From: a virus
Length of the DNA stretch: 64,000 bases
Virus record (IMG/VR): IMGVR_UViG_3300029286_002355
Location: 96,001-160,000 of that record
Reading direction: 5' to 3' (one strand)
Shown: positions 47,980-56,205 of the stretch, piece by piece
How positions within the stretch are numbered: position 1 is the first letter of the stretch
Layout: each line of letters begins with the position of its first letter
Made by a program: the position numbers and the translations under genes
The notes under the pieces: generated by a model
What the model was told of the DNA's origin: nothing
What the model saw: only the letters and a program-made list of their open reading frames with translations
Databases searched by the model: none

Positions 47980-48455
47980 TGTTTATCGACCACATATAGG
48001 GCATCCGTTCCCCATAACCACAACTTGCAATATTGATAGTTCCCGATTATTTGTTCTGGTCCCATACCGCCACTATCCAACCAAAAATACTTAATCTTAT
48101 TCCACTTATCTCCCATTGCAGAATAAATAGCGTAGTAAACTTCATTAAGAGATGGTTTAAAAAATCCGTAATATCCCCAACGATGAAAAGATATAATTGG
48201 AACAGCGTCCACTTGACCTAAAAAGCCATTCAATTTTACTCTAGGAAACTGCTTATCGTTACCCTCTATCCATGTATAAGCAATTTCTTTAATCGGAATA
48301 TTCTCTCTGTTCTTAAAAGTATATCCTTTGTGATCTTTTTGATCGTAACCAACAACAGGTACTAGTTTCCTTCTCATTTCTTCTGCTAATTCATTGGGTA
48401 CATCTTTAACCAGAATTACATCGTCACTCAGTATACGCATGTCACCTGTGTCCAT
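47946..48455 (-). CDS. Hypothetical protein
   Basis: 169-aa ORF; GGAG SD just after the tmRNA. Confidence 0.65.
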   Translation of the reverse strand: MDTGDMRILSDDVILVKDVPNELAEEMRRKLVPVVGYDQKDHKGYTFKNRENIPIKEIAYTWIEGNDKQFPRVKLNGFLGQVDAVPIISFHRWGYYGFFKPSLNEVYYAIYSAMGDKWNKIKYFWLDSGGMGPEQIIGNYQYCKLWLWGTDALYVVDKQCYVHPIGLTV

Positions 48456-48476
48456 AATTTGCTCCTATGTTTAAAT

Positions 48477-48847
48477 TGGTGGAAGCGAGGAGAGTTGAAC
48501 TCCTGTCACGTATAATTTCAACCAAGTTTCTTTCACATGTTTAGTCTACTGTTTCTGAGACTGATTGCTCGGAGCCAAAATAGACTCACTCCGGACGGTT
48601 CCTTATACCTCAAGCATTTCGTCTTCCCGAAATTCCACAGAGCTAAGCTACTCTGTCCGCACTCTTGTGTCTTATGCTACTCAGGTTTACCAGAATTATC
48701 TTAACCCTTTCACAGGCCACTATTAAGCAGCCATTGCCATTCTAGGAACAGCATTTAATTTTTTGTAATGGATATTTTAAGAGGCCAACCATCATCCTCT
48801 ACATGCAACTGGATTTACGTTACCACGCTCGATACCGTAACGCTCCC
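48477..48847 (-). ncRNA. ssrA: tmRNA, 371 nt, tag (A)AVPRMAMAA*
   Basis: Acceptor stem GGGAGCG/CGCTTCC with G3:U, encoded ACCA 3' end, and T-arm GGAG-TTCAACT-CTCC. Resume context AAATTAAAT|GCT; tag ORF 48752-48723 ends GCT GCT TAA TAG. Confidence 0.95.
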
Positions 48848-48874
48848 AATCTACAATACATTATTTTTAAAACA

Positions 48875-49061
48875 TGAGCATGATGGTTGCTAATCCATCT
48901 GTGGCGTCAACATGCGAGCTTTAAGTCGAGTTAACTAATTGCCCACCACCAGTCGTTGCCTATTGCGAAGCGTGTCGTCAAAACTCTCCAGTTTCCCGTA
49001 GTACGCTCCTGCCACACTTAACTGACTTCGTTGCGTGTCTGCATTTCCACGCCGATGCTCA
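48875..49061 (-). ncRNA. Unassigned 187-nt tRNA-framed structured RNA
   Basis: Terminal stem TGAGCAT/ATGCTCA; D-arm-like GCGTG-GAAATGCAGA-CACGC; T-arm-like GATGG-ATTAGCAA-CCATC; large central domain closed by AGTC-AGTTAA/TTAACT-C-GACT. TATAAT lies at 49070-49075, directly upstream. Confidence 0.6.
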
Positions 49062-49069
49062 TTACATAC

Positions 49070-49098
49070 ATTATACTACAATATACTTAGAAATCAAG
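49070..49098 (-). promoter_or_regulatory. Sigma70-type promoter for the tRNA-like RNA/tmRNA unit
   Basis: TTGATT-N16-TATAAT, predicting a start about 2 nt before the RNA's terminal stem. Confidence 0.65.
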
Positions 49099-49104
49099 TA
49101 TTAT

Positions 49105-49413
49105 TTATGCAAACAATTTAGCCAAAAGCTCTTTAAATTTTATTCCTTCCTTGTAAATTTCTCCAAATTTAACCGCATAACCTTCATCAATCCACGAACG
49201 AAATGCTCCTTCCCACCCTATATCCTTCTCTTTCTCTTTGCTTTTTTCATATTTATATCGATCTATCGCCCGAAGTTGCATTAAAATTCTAGGATCAGGA
49301 TGCGAAGAAATCAAAAACTCCTTAAGAATACAATAATGATCATTTTCACAATATCCCGAACAAACATCTTCTAGAAGTTCTTTATACTCTGCTTTATTTA
49401 ACCGATAACTCAA
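49105..49413 (-). CDS. Hypothetical protein
   Basis: 102-aa ORF with a GAGG SD; TTG start. Confidence 0.65.
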   Translation of the reverse strand: MSYRLNKAEYKELLEDVCSGYCENDHYCILKEFLISSHPDPRILMQLRAIDRYKYEKSKEKEKDIGWEGAFRSWIDEGYAVKFGEIYKEGIKFKELLAKLFA

Positions 49414-49425
49414 TATTACCCTCCT

Positions 49426-49899
49426 TTATTGTTTTTCCATCCAATAAGAAGTTTCACCTCCATAAGTCTTTTCTGAAATCATGCGAAATCCATTTTTTTC
49501 CCAAAACCTTACCGTATCCTGAACTGAAATTAAACAGATTTTTAACCCACTTTTACTGGCTTTGTGAAGAACAGTATTAATTAATCTTTTAGCTATTCCT
49601 CTATCCCGGTATTCTTTTTTTACCCCAAGATCGTGAATGTAGATACAATCTTCTTCAATGTTTTCTTTTATTTTTCCTTTAAGTGGGACTTCTAATCCGC
49701 TGTTATAAGGAAATGCAATAATATATCCGATTAGTTTCCCATCTTCTTCGGCATACATTGAAAGAGTTTTTCTAGCTAAAACCTTGGAAGCCCAATTGTC
49801 AAAACCTTCGTGAAAATTTGACGAATAGCAATCTGCACTTAATTGAGATAATTCTTCCATCTTTTCTAACGGAATATCAACCACAGATTTAATATCCAT
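49426..49899 (-). CDS. GNAT-family acetyltransferase
   Basis: YIHDLGVKKEYRDRGIA (motif A), ...FWEKNGF. Confidence 0.88.
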   Translation of the reverse strand: MDIKSVVDIPLEKMEELSQLSADCYSSNFHEGFDNWASKVLARKTLSMYAEEDGKLIGYIIAFPYNSGLEVPLKGKIKENIEEDCIYIHDLGVKKEYRDRGIAKRLINTVLHKASKSGLKICLISVQDTVRFWEKNGFRMISEKTYGGETSYWMEKQ

Positions 49900-49902
49900 A
49901 TT

Positions 49903-50199
49903 TTATCCCACCATGAATTCAAAACCATCGAGTGGGATATCCTCTGTATCGTTTTTAATGGCATTGAATCGATGTTCCGCTTCTTGCAAAATAGGCCAAA
50001 CACATTTATCCATCATTTCTTTTTCGGGAGTCTTTTTGTTTTCCATTTCTACTAACGCCGATGTCATAGCCCGAAGCGCATTAACGGCTATTTGTTTATA
50101 CAACTCGTCCTTCTCCCTTTCTGCTGTAGGATCAATGATGGGGATTCCTTGTTTGTTAACTAACATTCTCTTTTTTACTCTTTTCTCTCTTTTGTTCAA
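49903..50199 (-). CDS. Hypothetical protein
   Basis: 98-aa ORF. Confidence 0.55.
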   Translation of the reverse strand: MNKREKRVKKRMLVNKQGIPIIDPTAEREKDELYKQIAVNALRAMTSALVEMENKKTPEKEMMDKCVWPILQEAEHRFNAIKNDTEDIPLDGFEFMVG

Positions 50200-50500
50200 A
50201 TTTGAAATCTCTCTCTGCCTGTCTCCACTTCATTACTAAAATGTTGCAAAGAAACCTTTTTATCTCTTCAGTTATTGATTGGCTACGGTTAACGCTTTCG
50301 ATGCATTTTTCTTTCCAAATATGGCATAAAAGAATTTTGTGTCCGTTGGAAAGGTTGGAAAAGTATAAATCATTAACTACATTCGTAAATTCGTTGTAGT
50401 AATTACCCACTTTACGAATATATTTTGGGCTGGCTTCTTTTTCCAGTATTTTTACTAGAATATGAGCCGCTTTCGAATCGCCGTATGTTCCCGCATCCAT
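50156..50500 (-). CDS. Hypothetical protein
   Basis: 114-aa ORF coupled to the upstream gene. Confidence 0.5.
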   Translation of the reverse strand: MDAGTYGDSKAAHILVKILEKEASPKYIRKVGNYYNEFTNVVNDLYFSNLSNGHKILLCHIWKEKCIESVNRSQSITEEIKRFLCNILVMKWRQAERDFKFEQKREKSKKENVS

Positions 50501-50781
50501 TATTTAACTATAGCCTTTATTGGTAATTCACGAAGTTTTGTCCAAACAGCTTCAATAATGACCTCAGCAGCATCGTCTGGATGTTCTTTTCCTGTATCTT
50601 TTTTAAGAACTTCGTTGTGAGCCCAAAGACCAAACGAATTTTGTATTGCTCTGTTCCAACCGTGATGGAAACCTATTACGTCATCTTTTTCTCTACTCCT
50701 AACGTATGCTTTATCTTGATCGCTCATTCTGCTAATAAGTTCATCAACGGCTTCTTTTACGGATGGTGGTTTTTCTTTCAT
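50500..50781 (-). CDS. Small conserved hypothetical protein (DUF6794-like)
   Basis: FHHGWNRAIQNSFGLW...HPDDAAEVII pattern. Confidence 0.55.
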   Translation of the reverse strand: MKEKPPSVKEAVDELISRMSDQDKAYVRSREKDDVIGFHHGWNRAIQNSFGLWAHNEVLKKDTGKEHPDDAAEVIIEAVWTKLRELPIKAIVK

Positions 50782-51035
50782 TTTTTATTCAAACTTTCAT
50801 CCACATCCTTAATAAAAACCTGACCGCAAGGAGATCCCATCCATTGCACAATCATGTTAGCAGTTTTAATCTGTTCTGGAGTTGGCGTCGATCTAACATT
50901 AATTTCCCCTGAGATAAGGTACTCAAGGGTATGACTCCACTTATTAAGCTTTAGCCACGCATCCGCAAAAGCCTTTTCTTTAGGATTGTTTTCAAACCGA
51001 TATTCAGAAAATCCATCTTCATTTTGATTTTTCAT
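50778..51035 (-). CDS. Hypothetical protein
   Basis: 85-aa ORF with an ATGA overlap. Confidence 0.6.
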   Translation of the reverse strand: MKNQNEDGFSEYRFENNPKEKAFADAWLKLNKWSHTLEYLISGEINVRSTPTPEQIKTANMIVQWMGSPCGQVFIKDVDESLNKK

Positions 51036-51036
51036 A

Positions 51037-51261
51037 TTATGTCCATTTTAACTGTTTTAATACCTTACCCTTACGATCTAATACGGCCATAACTTTGTTC
51101 GCTTGGTCTTCGTGCATTTCTTTATGAAAATAACTATATAATCCAAGTGCTCTTCTTAGAATTTCACACTTAGAACGGCCTTCTTTTTTCGCCATTTCGC
51201 TAAGCAACCCATGAACTTGATCGTTAAAATCTACACTATATTTCATTTTTCTCCTTGGCAA
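51037..51261 (-). CDS. Ribbon-helix-helix (CopG-like) DNA-binding protein
   Basis: YSVDFNDQVHGLLSEMAKKEGRSKCEILRRAL. Confidence 0.75.
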   Translation of the reverse strand: MPRRKMKYSVDFNDQVHGLLSEMAKKEGRSKCEILRRALGLYSYFHKEMHEDQANKVMAVLDRKGKVLKQLKWT

Positions 51262-51443
51262 TCTACTTTTGTAGAAGCAACTAAATCGCTTTTAAGAACG
51301 TCTAAACTCTCTCTAATTTTATTTTCCAAGACGCAACCCTTGCAACTATCGGCACAAATCCCTGACGGCCATCTCTCATGGTGCACAGAAGAGATCATTC
51401 CGTCTATTGCGGAGATTAACACCAATCTCTCTTTCTGTCGCAT
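51243..51443 (-). CDS. Small hypothetical protein
   Basis: 66-aa ORF with a GGAGG SD and a CxxxCxxC-like cluster. Confidence 0.5.
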   Translation of the reverse strand: MRQKERLVLISAIDGMISSVHHERWPSGICADSCKGCVLENKIRESLDVLKSDLVASTKVDCQGEK

Positions 51444-51510
51444 TATCTTCCTCCGTCAACTTCCTTTACGATTTACCAGTATCCGCCCGTAAATGTAGGA
51501 CGTTTCCCCT

Positions 51511-51558
51511 TTAATTTACTTCACTCTCAACCGGAGTAAACCATAATTCACAATCGTA
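51511..51558 (-). pseudogene. Orphaned 3' fragment of the SET-domain gene (YDCELWFTPVESEVN*)
   Basis: In frame with GEELRFH at 52969 once the IS is removed; supplies the conserved Tyr of the SET ELxFxY motif. Confidence 0.82.
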
Positions 51559-51563
51559 ATCAA

Positions 51564-52796
51564 CTACCCAGCGACTAAAGATCGCTGGGTTTGCATCTTC
51601 TGAAGACACAATTGGCTAGTTGATGGTAGCCTGCCCATAAAGTTCAGTCCACCATCAATAGGTATACCAAACGATACAGGGCGTTTTACTCCTTTGGCCT
51701 CTTTTATTTTGGAGTATTTGTTGGCAATATTTATTGATGCATTCCAATCTGCATCAAAAACCTTGCCATCTGAGGCATAATACCTGCATCCCCTTCTTTC
51801 TCCTTTCTCAATTCCTCTGTAGTCTAATTGAGACGTTAAATAGGGGTTAACCGTTACTACTCTTTTTCCATTGAGTAGTGCCTTGTAGGTCAATATTCTT
51901 TGTAGTTCAAAGAATGACATTTGACTTAATCTATTTTTACTCGATTTGCCTTTCTTGTAGTTTTTCTTTCCTAGGTTATTTTTCTTTAAAGAGGATAAGT
52001 CTTCAAGAACTATAGTATTCATTTTAGTCTTTAGTATCTCGTTGACTAACTGGTAACTAGTGTTTTTGTTCTTGTTTTTCTCTTTTCGTTTTAGTTTCTT
52101 GAGCTTAGTTTTTGCAGAGTGAGATCTATTTATTTTAAGATTTGAGTTTAATTGTCTTTTTAGATATCTTAATTGTCTTTTTTGTTTTAGAAATTGCTTG
52201 TCAGAAATAGCAATACCTTCAGAAGTAGTTATGAGTCTTCTTTCTCCAAGATCTACTCCAAGATAACCGTTTTCAATATGTACTGGTTCTGGAACTGAAA
52301 AGGATACTGCCAGCCAGAACACGCTATCCTTAAAGAAAATCAGTGGATCGCAAAGAGAATAGGTTTTTAAGAGTTTAGAGAATTTAGGATATGGTTTAAA
52401 ATCGCATACAATTCTCTTTCCGGTGGTTGTTAATTTAATTTGATTGTTATCAAGAAAGGTATAGATTCGCTTGTCTAACCTAAGAGATAGGTTAATTTGC
52501 TTGGCAGATTCCGTTAATTTAGATCTTTGTTTATTAGATTGTATAGTTTTGTAGGTGGCATAAACAGAGTCTTTGGCTCGTATTATAACCTGAGAAGGAC
52601 AATCGGGGAACAACTTTCTGCACTGATGATAGTTCTTGTCGTGAAGCAGTTTCTTATCTAATTTCTTGGCTTTAAAGGCATATTCTGACATATAATTCCA
52701 TATTTTCTGATGCTCAAGAAGAGTATTATAGAGCAGATCAAACTCTTCTTTACTCTTTGGAACAAGCTTAATATTATATGTTATAACTGAGTTCAT
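51564..52796 (-). CDS. tnpB: TnpB RNA-guided endonuclease (IS200/IS605), zinc finger degenerate
   Basis: YLGVDLG (RuvC-I), IVLEDL (RuvC-II), FDADWNASINI (RuvC-III); no CxxC pairs between II and III. Confidence 0.93.
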   Translation of the reverse strand: MNSVITYNIKLVPKSKEEFDLLYNTLLEHQKIWNYMSEYAFKAKKLDKKLLHDKNYHQCRKLFPDCPSQVIIRAKDSVYATYKTIQSNKQRSKLTESAKQINLSLRLDKRIYTFLDNNQIKLTTTGKRIVCDFKPYPKFSKLLKTYSLCDPLIFFKDSVFWLAVSFSVPEPVHIENGYLGVDLGERRLITTSEGIAISDKQFLKQKRQLRYLKRQLNSNLKINRSHSAKTKLKKLKRKEKNKNKNTSYQLVNEILKTKMNTIVLEDLSSLKKNNLGKKNYKKGKSSKNRLSQMSFFELQRILTYKALLNGKRVVTVNPYLTSQLDYRGIEKGERRGCRYYASDGKVFDADWNASINIANKYSKIKEAKGVKRPVSFGIPIDGGLNFMGRLPSTSQLCLQKMQTQRSLVAG

Positions 52797-52851
52797 AATT
52801 ATTACTTCTATAATTATTTACTCTTTCCTTCTTATTTCTTTGATTATTTTC

Positions 52852-52879
52852 TTGCATTCAGGAATTAAAGATGTATAAT
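52852..52879 (+). promoter_or_regulatory. Outward-facing promoter inside the IS left end
   Basis: TTGCAT-N16-TATAAT with extended TG, followed by an AAGGAG SD and an 11-codon ORF ending in the left-end hairpin. Confidence 0.6.
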
Positions 52880-52968
52880 AGTAGAAAGTTAAAGAAAGGA
52901 GATGAGTGGATATAGTAACTCGCTTACCTCCCCCACACTAAAGATGTCGGGGTTTCTGCTCGCATTAA

Positions 52969-53274
52969 ATGAAAACGAAGTTCTTCTCCATATTGTATAT
53001 TCCGTTTAGCATACGCCCTAATTGTTCCATATTTTTTAAATCTCTTTAAATATATATTTGGTTTTTCGGAATGATTCATAAAATTAATCAGCCCCATAGC
53101 AAGACAATCATGTTTATTTGACCAAGCCATACTATAATCTTTTAACTCTGATTTTTCTATTTTAGAATACGTATATGGAATCACTGGATTTTCTACAATT
53201 AGGCTTCCCCGACTTATAAATTTATCTGTAAATACACCTTTCCCACAACCTTTAACGTCTTTTAAGTATATCAT
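52969..53274 (-). pseudogene. SET-domain methyltransferase, 5' part, interrupted by the IS200/IS605 element
   Basis: KGCGKGVFT, INFMNHSEKPN (NHS motif), AKRNIQYGEELRFH. Start at ATG 53274 (AGGAG SD). As inserted, the ORF reads 14 IS-derived codons to a stop at 52924. Confidence 0.85.
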
Positions 53275-53282
53275 TTTTCTCC

Positions 53283-53660
53283 TTAACAGTTCTTTTCTTC
53301 CCACATAGGATTCTTCTCAAAATCCAACTCTTTTCTAGATTTACCCGCATTGCCCGTAAATGGAGGATGTTTTTCCTCAAATTTACATACTTCGCCCAAT
53401 GACATATCTTTAAATTCTTTTTCCTTGCCTTCCATTTCCCTCAACGCTTCTTCTGCCCATTCCCATCCGTCTTTCACTAAGCCATCTCTTCCTCTAACTT
53501 CTAAACTGGTATATTTAGGATCTAGTTTTGACCTATTAACAATCTTTTTAAATTTGTTGCAAAACCCCCTATATTGCCAAAAATCCATATTGCCATATAT
53601 CTTAAGAGCATGGATGGCAATTTCAAGTTTTTGTTTATCGGTGAGTTTCTTTACTTTCAT
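53283..53660 (-). CDS. Hypothetical protein
   Basis: 125-aa ORF with a GAGG SD. Confidence 0.65.
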   Translation of the reverse strand: MKVKKLTDKQKLEIAIHALKIYGNMDFWQYRGFCNKFKKIVNRSKLDPKYTSLEVRGRDGLVKDGWEWAEEALREMEGKEKEFKDMSLGEVCKFEEKHPPFTGNAGKSRKELDFEKNPMWEEKNC

Positions 53661-53668
53661 TTTTCCTC

Positions 53669-54190
53669 CTATGGTTTTGGCAAAATTCTAGCCTTAATAT
53701 CTTGAATGATCTTATTTTTGTCAAGATCAACTAAATTCTTGTTATTTTCAATAAAGTCGCCATAATCTTCTCCCTCAACGTATTCTCTAGCAAATATGTT
53801 ACACAAGAACTTCGCATCGGACTCGCTATCATTACCTATAGCCGAATGATTTAACGTATTCCAAGTATTTCCATCTTTGGGAATATATGCCCTTAACTCT
53901 TTTCCACTAAAGTAGATACAAAAGTAAATCGGAATTTCCAAGTCACCGCCTGCGTTACAACCTAACAAAATCATCCCGTTATCTAGTTCCTGATATCCCA
54001 GTAAATGTTTTTTGTCTTTCCATCCATATTCTTCGCTTATAGATACGTTCTCCATATCAAATTCTACTTTTTCAAGATCTGTAGCTATTCGAGGAGTTAG
54101 ATGTTTAAGTTGATACTTGTCCCCATCCCAAATTGCATCAACTTTATCTCTAAATTCTCTTAACGAAATAGGTGCAAAATATCTAGCCAT
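53669..54190 (-). CDS. Hypothetical protein
   Basis: 173-aa ORF with a GGAG SD. Confidence 0.7.
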   Translation of the reverse strand: MARYFAPISLREFRDKVDAIWDGDKYQLKHLTPRIATDLEKVEFDMENVSISEEYGWKDKKHLLGYQELDNGMILLGCNAGGDLEIPIYFCIYFSGKELRAYIPKDGNTWNTLNHSAIGNDSESDAKFLCNIFAREYVEGEDYGDFIENNKNLVDLDKNKIIQDIKARILPKP

Positions 54191-54199
54191 AACATCTCC

Positions 54200-54544
54200 T
54201 TACTTATCTATCTCTGACCAATTGGGATTATCTTTTTTAGCTTTTTCTATAAGATATTTATAGTTTCTCCATGCATACCTTATCGCTTCATGTTTGCAAT
54301 CACAACTTCTGTAACGATAGAATTCTGCCGCTAAATTTTTATTGTCAATATTATCTCCGGGAGCTTTAAACGTAAAAAGTCTACCGTTAGAAACTATGAC
54401 ATATCCGGGAGGGGGCTTGGTATGTCCATATACGACATTAATCAAACTAGATTCGTCATAACTTACCCACATAAAAAAAGAAATAAGCAAAGTAGCCCCC
54501 GCAACAAGCACAACACTGACTGGATCTATATATTTTAAAAACAT
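54200..54544 (-). CDS. Membrane-anchored hypothetical protein
   Basis: N-terminal hydrophobic helix VSVVLVAGATLLISFFMWV. Confidence 0.6.
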   Translation of the reverse strand: MFLKYIDPVSVVLVAGATLLISFFMWVSYDESSLINVVYGHTKPPPGYVIVSNGRLFTFKAPGDNIDNKNLAAEFYRYRSCDCKHEAIRYAWRNYKYLIEKAKKDNPNWSEIDK

Positions 54545-54552
54545 AATTCTCC

Positions 54553-55167
54553 TTATAATTTTGTTGGTTTAAGTGGATAAAATGCCTTGGGAAGAGAATC
54601 ATTATATAGAAAGTCAATGTACTTAGCAGGAACATCATCAACCAGCCATACACCATTATTTGAAAGAAAGAAATCATATCCTTCTTTTATCATAGCTTCT
54701 GTATCAATACGAAGAACATGGGGACTTCCATGCCTAGAACCAACCTTTACCGCCGTATCATGATCCTTAGAGAGATGAACATGATTACGTTGCCTCTTAT
54801 CTAAGCCATTAATTCTAATAGATGGAATGAATTGCTTCGCCGTACCATGAAAGAGAAACTTGGGCGGTATATTAGAATCTAACTCTAAATCTACATCTAC
54901 CGAATGACCTTGACAAGCCCTAATCTGCCACCCATCTTCGCTATACTCAAAACGTTTCTTATCGTTATCAGCAACAACTTCATCAAGAATAGCCTTGGTA
55001 ATCGGTTCAAACCCTTCCGCTTTTTGAAAAGTATTACTTCGGTCAATTAGTTCTTTCACATCAACCCAACCATTCTTGTCCAAGGCAATCCCAATCGTTT
55101 CGGGTTTATGCCTTAGAACCATGGCTAGAAACTTACTAACCCCAACCAATTCTTTTTTCAACGCCAT
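54553..55167 (-). CDS. kptA: RNA 2'-phosphotransferase (Tpt1/KptA)
   Basis: SKFLAMVLRHKP, DKKRF, IRACQGHS, LFHGT, RNHVHLS, NNGVWL. Confidence 0.95.
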   Translation of the reverse strand: MALKKELVGVSKFLAMVLRHKPETIGIALDKNGWVDVKELIDRSNTFQKAEGFEPITKAILDEVVADNDKKRFEYSEDGWQIRACQGHSVDVDLELDSNIPPKFLFHGTAKQFIPSIRINGLDKRQRNHVHLSKDHDTAVKVGSRHGSPHVLRIDTEAMIKEGYDFFLSNNGVWLVDDVPAKYIDFLYNDSLPKAFYPLKPTKL

Positions 55168-55230
55168 ATTAACTCCTTTTCAACATTGTAAGACAACTTA
55201 ATTATATTTCAACCATTTTCTTTGGAAATT

Positions 55231-56205
55231 TTATCGTTCGAAAAACTCGTTAGCATTTTGATAAATGAATCCGCATCGATTACTAAAGGTTTTATCGCTT
55301 GTAGAATCACCAACATAAAAGCATTTATTAGGATTTAATTTATATTTTTCAACTAAATAGACACCTAATCCGCTTAGTGGCTTACGGCAATAACATCTAA
55401 TGGGAAAAGAATGATGTGGACAATATACATAAGCAATATCAAATCCGATAAGCATATTAGTTTGATTGAAGCAAGCCTTAGCCTGAGTCTCGCTAAGATC
55501 CCCCTTCTCAATACCACTCTGATTGGATACGCCTAAAAGAAAATAACCCTCATAAACATACTTTTGGAGAATTTTCTTTGTATTGGGTAATATTTCAATA
55601 TCTTCTGGTTTTAAGGGATACTTGCCACCACTCTTTGTTTTTCTAAGGGTTCCATCATAGTCTAAAATAACAGCACGATTATCATAACCCGAAGGAAGAG
55701 GCTTCCTAACAAAATCAATTTCTATTATGTCAGAAAATCCTTCATCCATGGTAGGCTCTTGGAAGGCTTTCTTGTAGGCGTAAAGGGCTATAGAAGGAAT
55801 ATTACAGGGATCTTTATCTAACTTGCTACCATTAGGCCCTAAAATATCATTTAATGGGAATAGAGGCTTTGCGGGATCTAAGACATAGCGTTTCAAAATT
55901 CGATAAGCGGCATTATATTGTGCATCTTCTATTTTAGTTGTTACCCAAATGCATAATACTTTAAATCCATACTTTTTTGCTATATCAATTACACACTTCC
56001 TAGATTCTTTGGTTCCATAGGTATTATCAAGAACAAATTTTTCCTTGCCGCTATTTATTTGACTTATTAGTTTTTCGTTGAGCTTTTCAAGATTGCAGCC
56101 CATCTCGTCCCGATTCAGCCTGACATAGCCTTTATCGGTGTATGATTTTACGTGGGATGATTTACCTGCACCCTGTATCCCACATATGATTACAATTTCT
56201 TTCAT
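55231..56205 (-). CDS. Bifunctional polynucleotide kinase / HAD 3'-phosphatase (PNKP-like)
   Basis: N-terminal GIQGAGKS P-loop with LDNT; C-terminal LDYDGTL, VSNQSG, CRKP, YVGDSTSD. Confidence 0.9.
   Translation of the reverse strand: MKEIVIICGIQGAGKSSHVKSYTDKGYVRLNRDEMGCNLEKLNEKLISQINSGKEKFVLDNTYGTKESRKCVIDIAKKYGFKVLCIWVTTKIEDAQYNAAYRILKRYVLDPAKPLFPLNDILGPNGSKLDKDPCNIPSIALYAYKKAFQEPTMDEGFSDIIEIDFVRKPLPSGYDNRAVILDYDGTLRKTKSGGKYPLKPEDIEILPNTKKILQKYVYEGYFLLGVSNQSGIEKGDLSETQAKACFNQTNMLIGFDIAYVYCPHHSFPIRCYCRKPLSGLGVYLVEKYKLNPNKCFYVGDSTSDKTFSNRCGFIYQNANEFFER

Larger units (their letters stand above)
51559..52968 (-). mobile_element. Non-autonomous IS200/IS605-family element (tnpB only), 1410 bp
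   Basis: Subterminal hairpins with an identical TCTTTAG loop at both ends (51566-51590 and 52931-52952). The junctions rebuild the SET gene with no target duplication; the 5' flank is TTCAT. Boundaries are ambiguous by 1-2 nt. Confidence 0.88.

Noticed and set aside
48875-49061. Standard tRNA gene call
   Set aside because: It is more than twice normal length, lacks TTC in the T-loop and has no clean anticodon arm, so it is reported as an unassigned ncRNA.
51559-52968. tnpB element as a self-splicing intron in the SET gene
   Set aside because: The 170-nt left non-coding part is accounted for by the end hairpin and divergent promoter signals; no P7-type group I or domain V group II motifs are seen.
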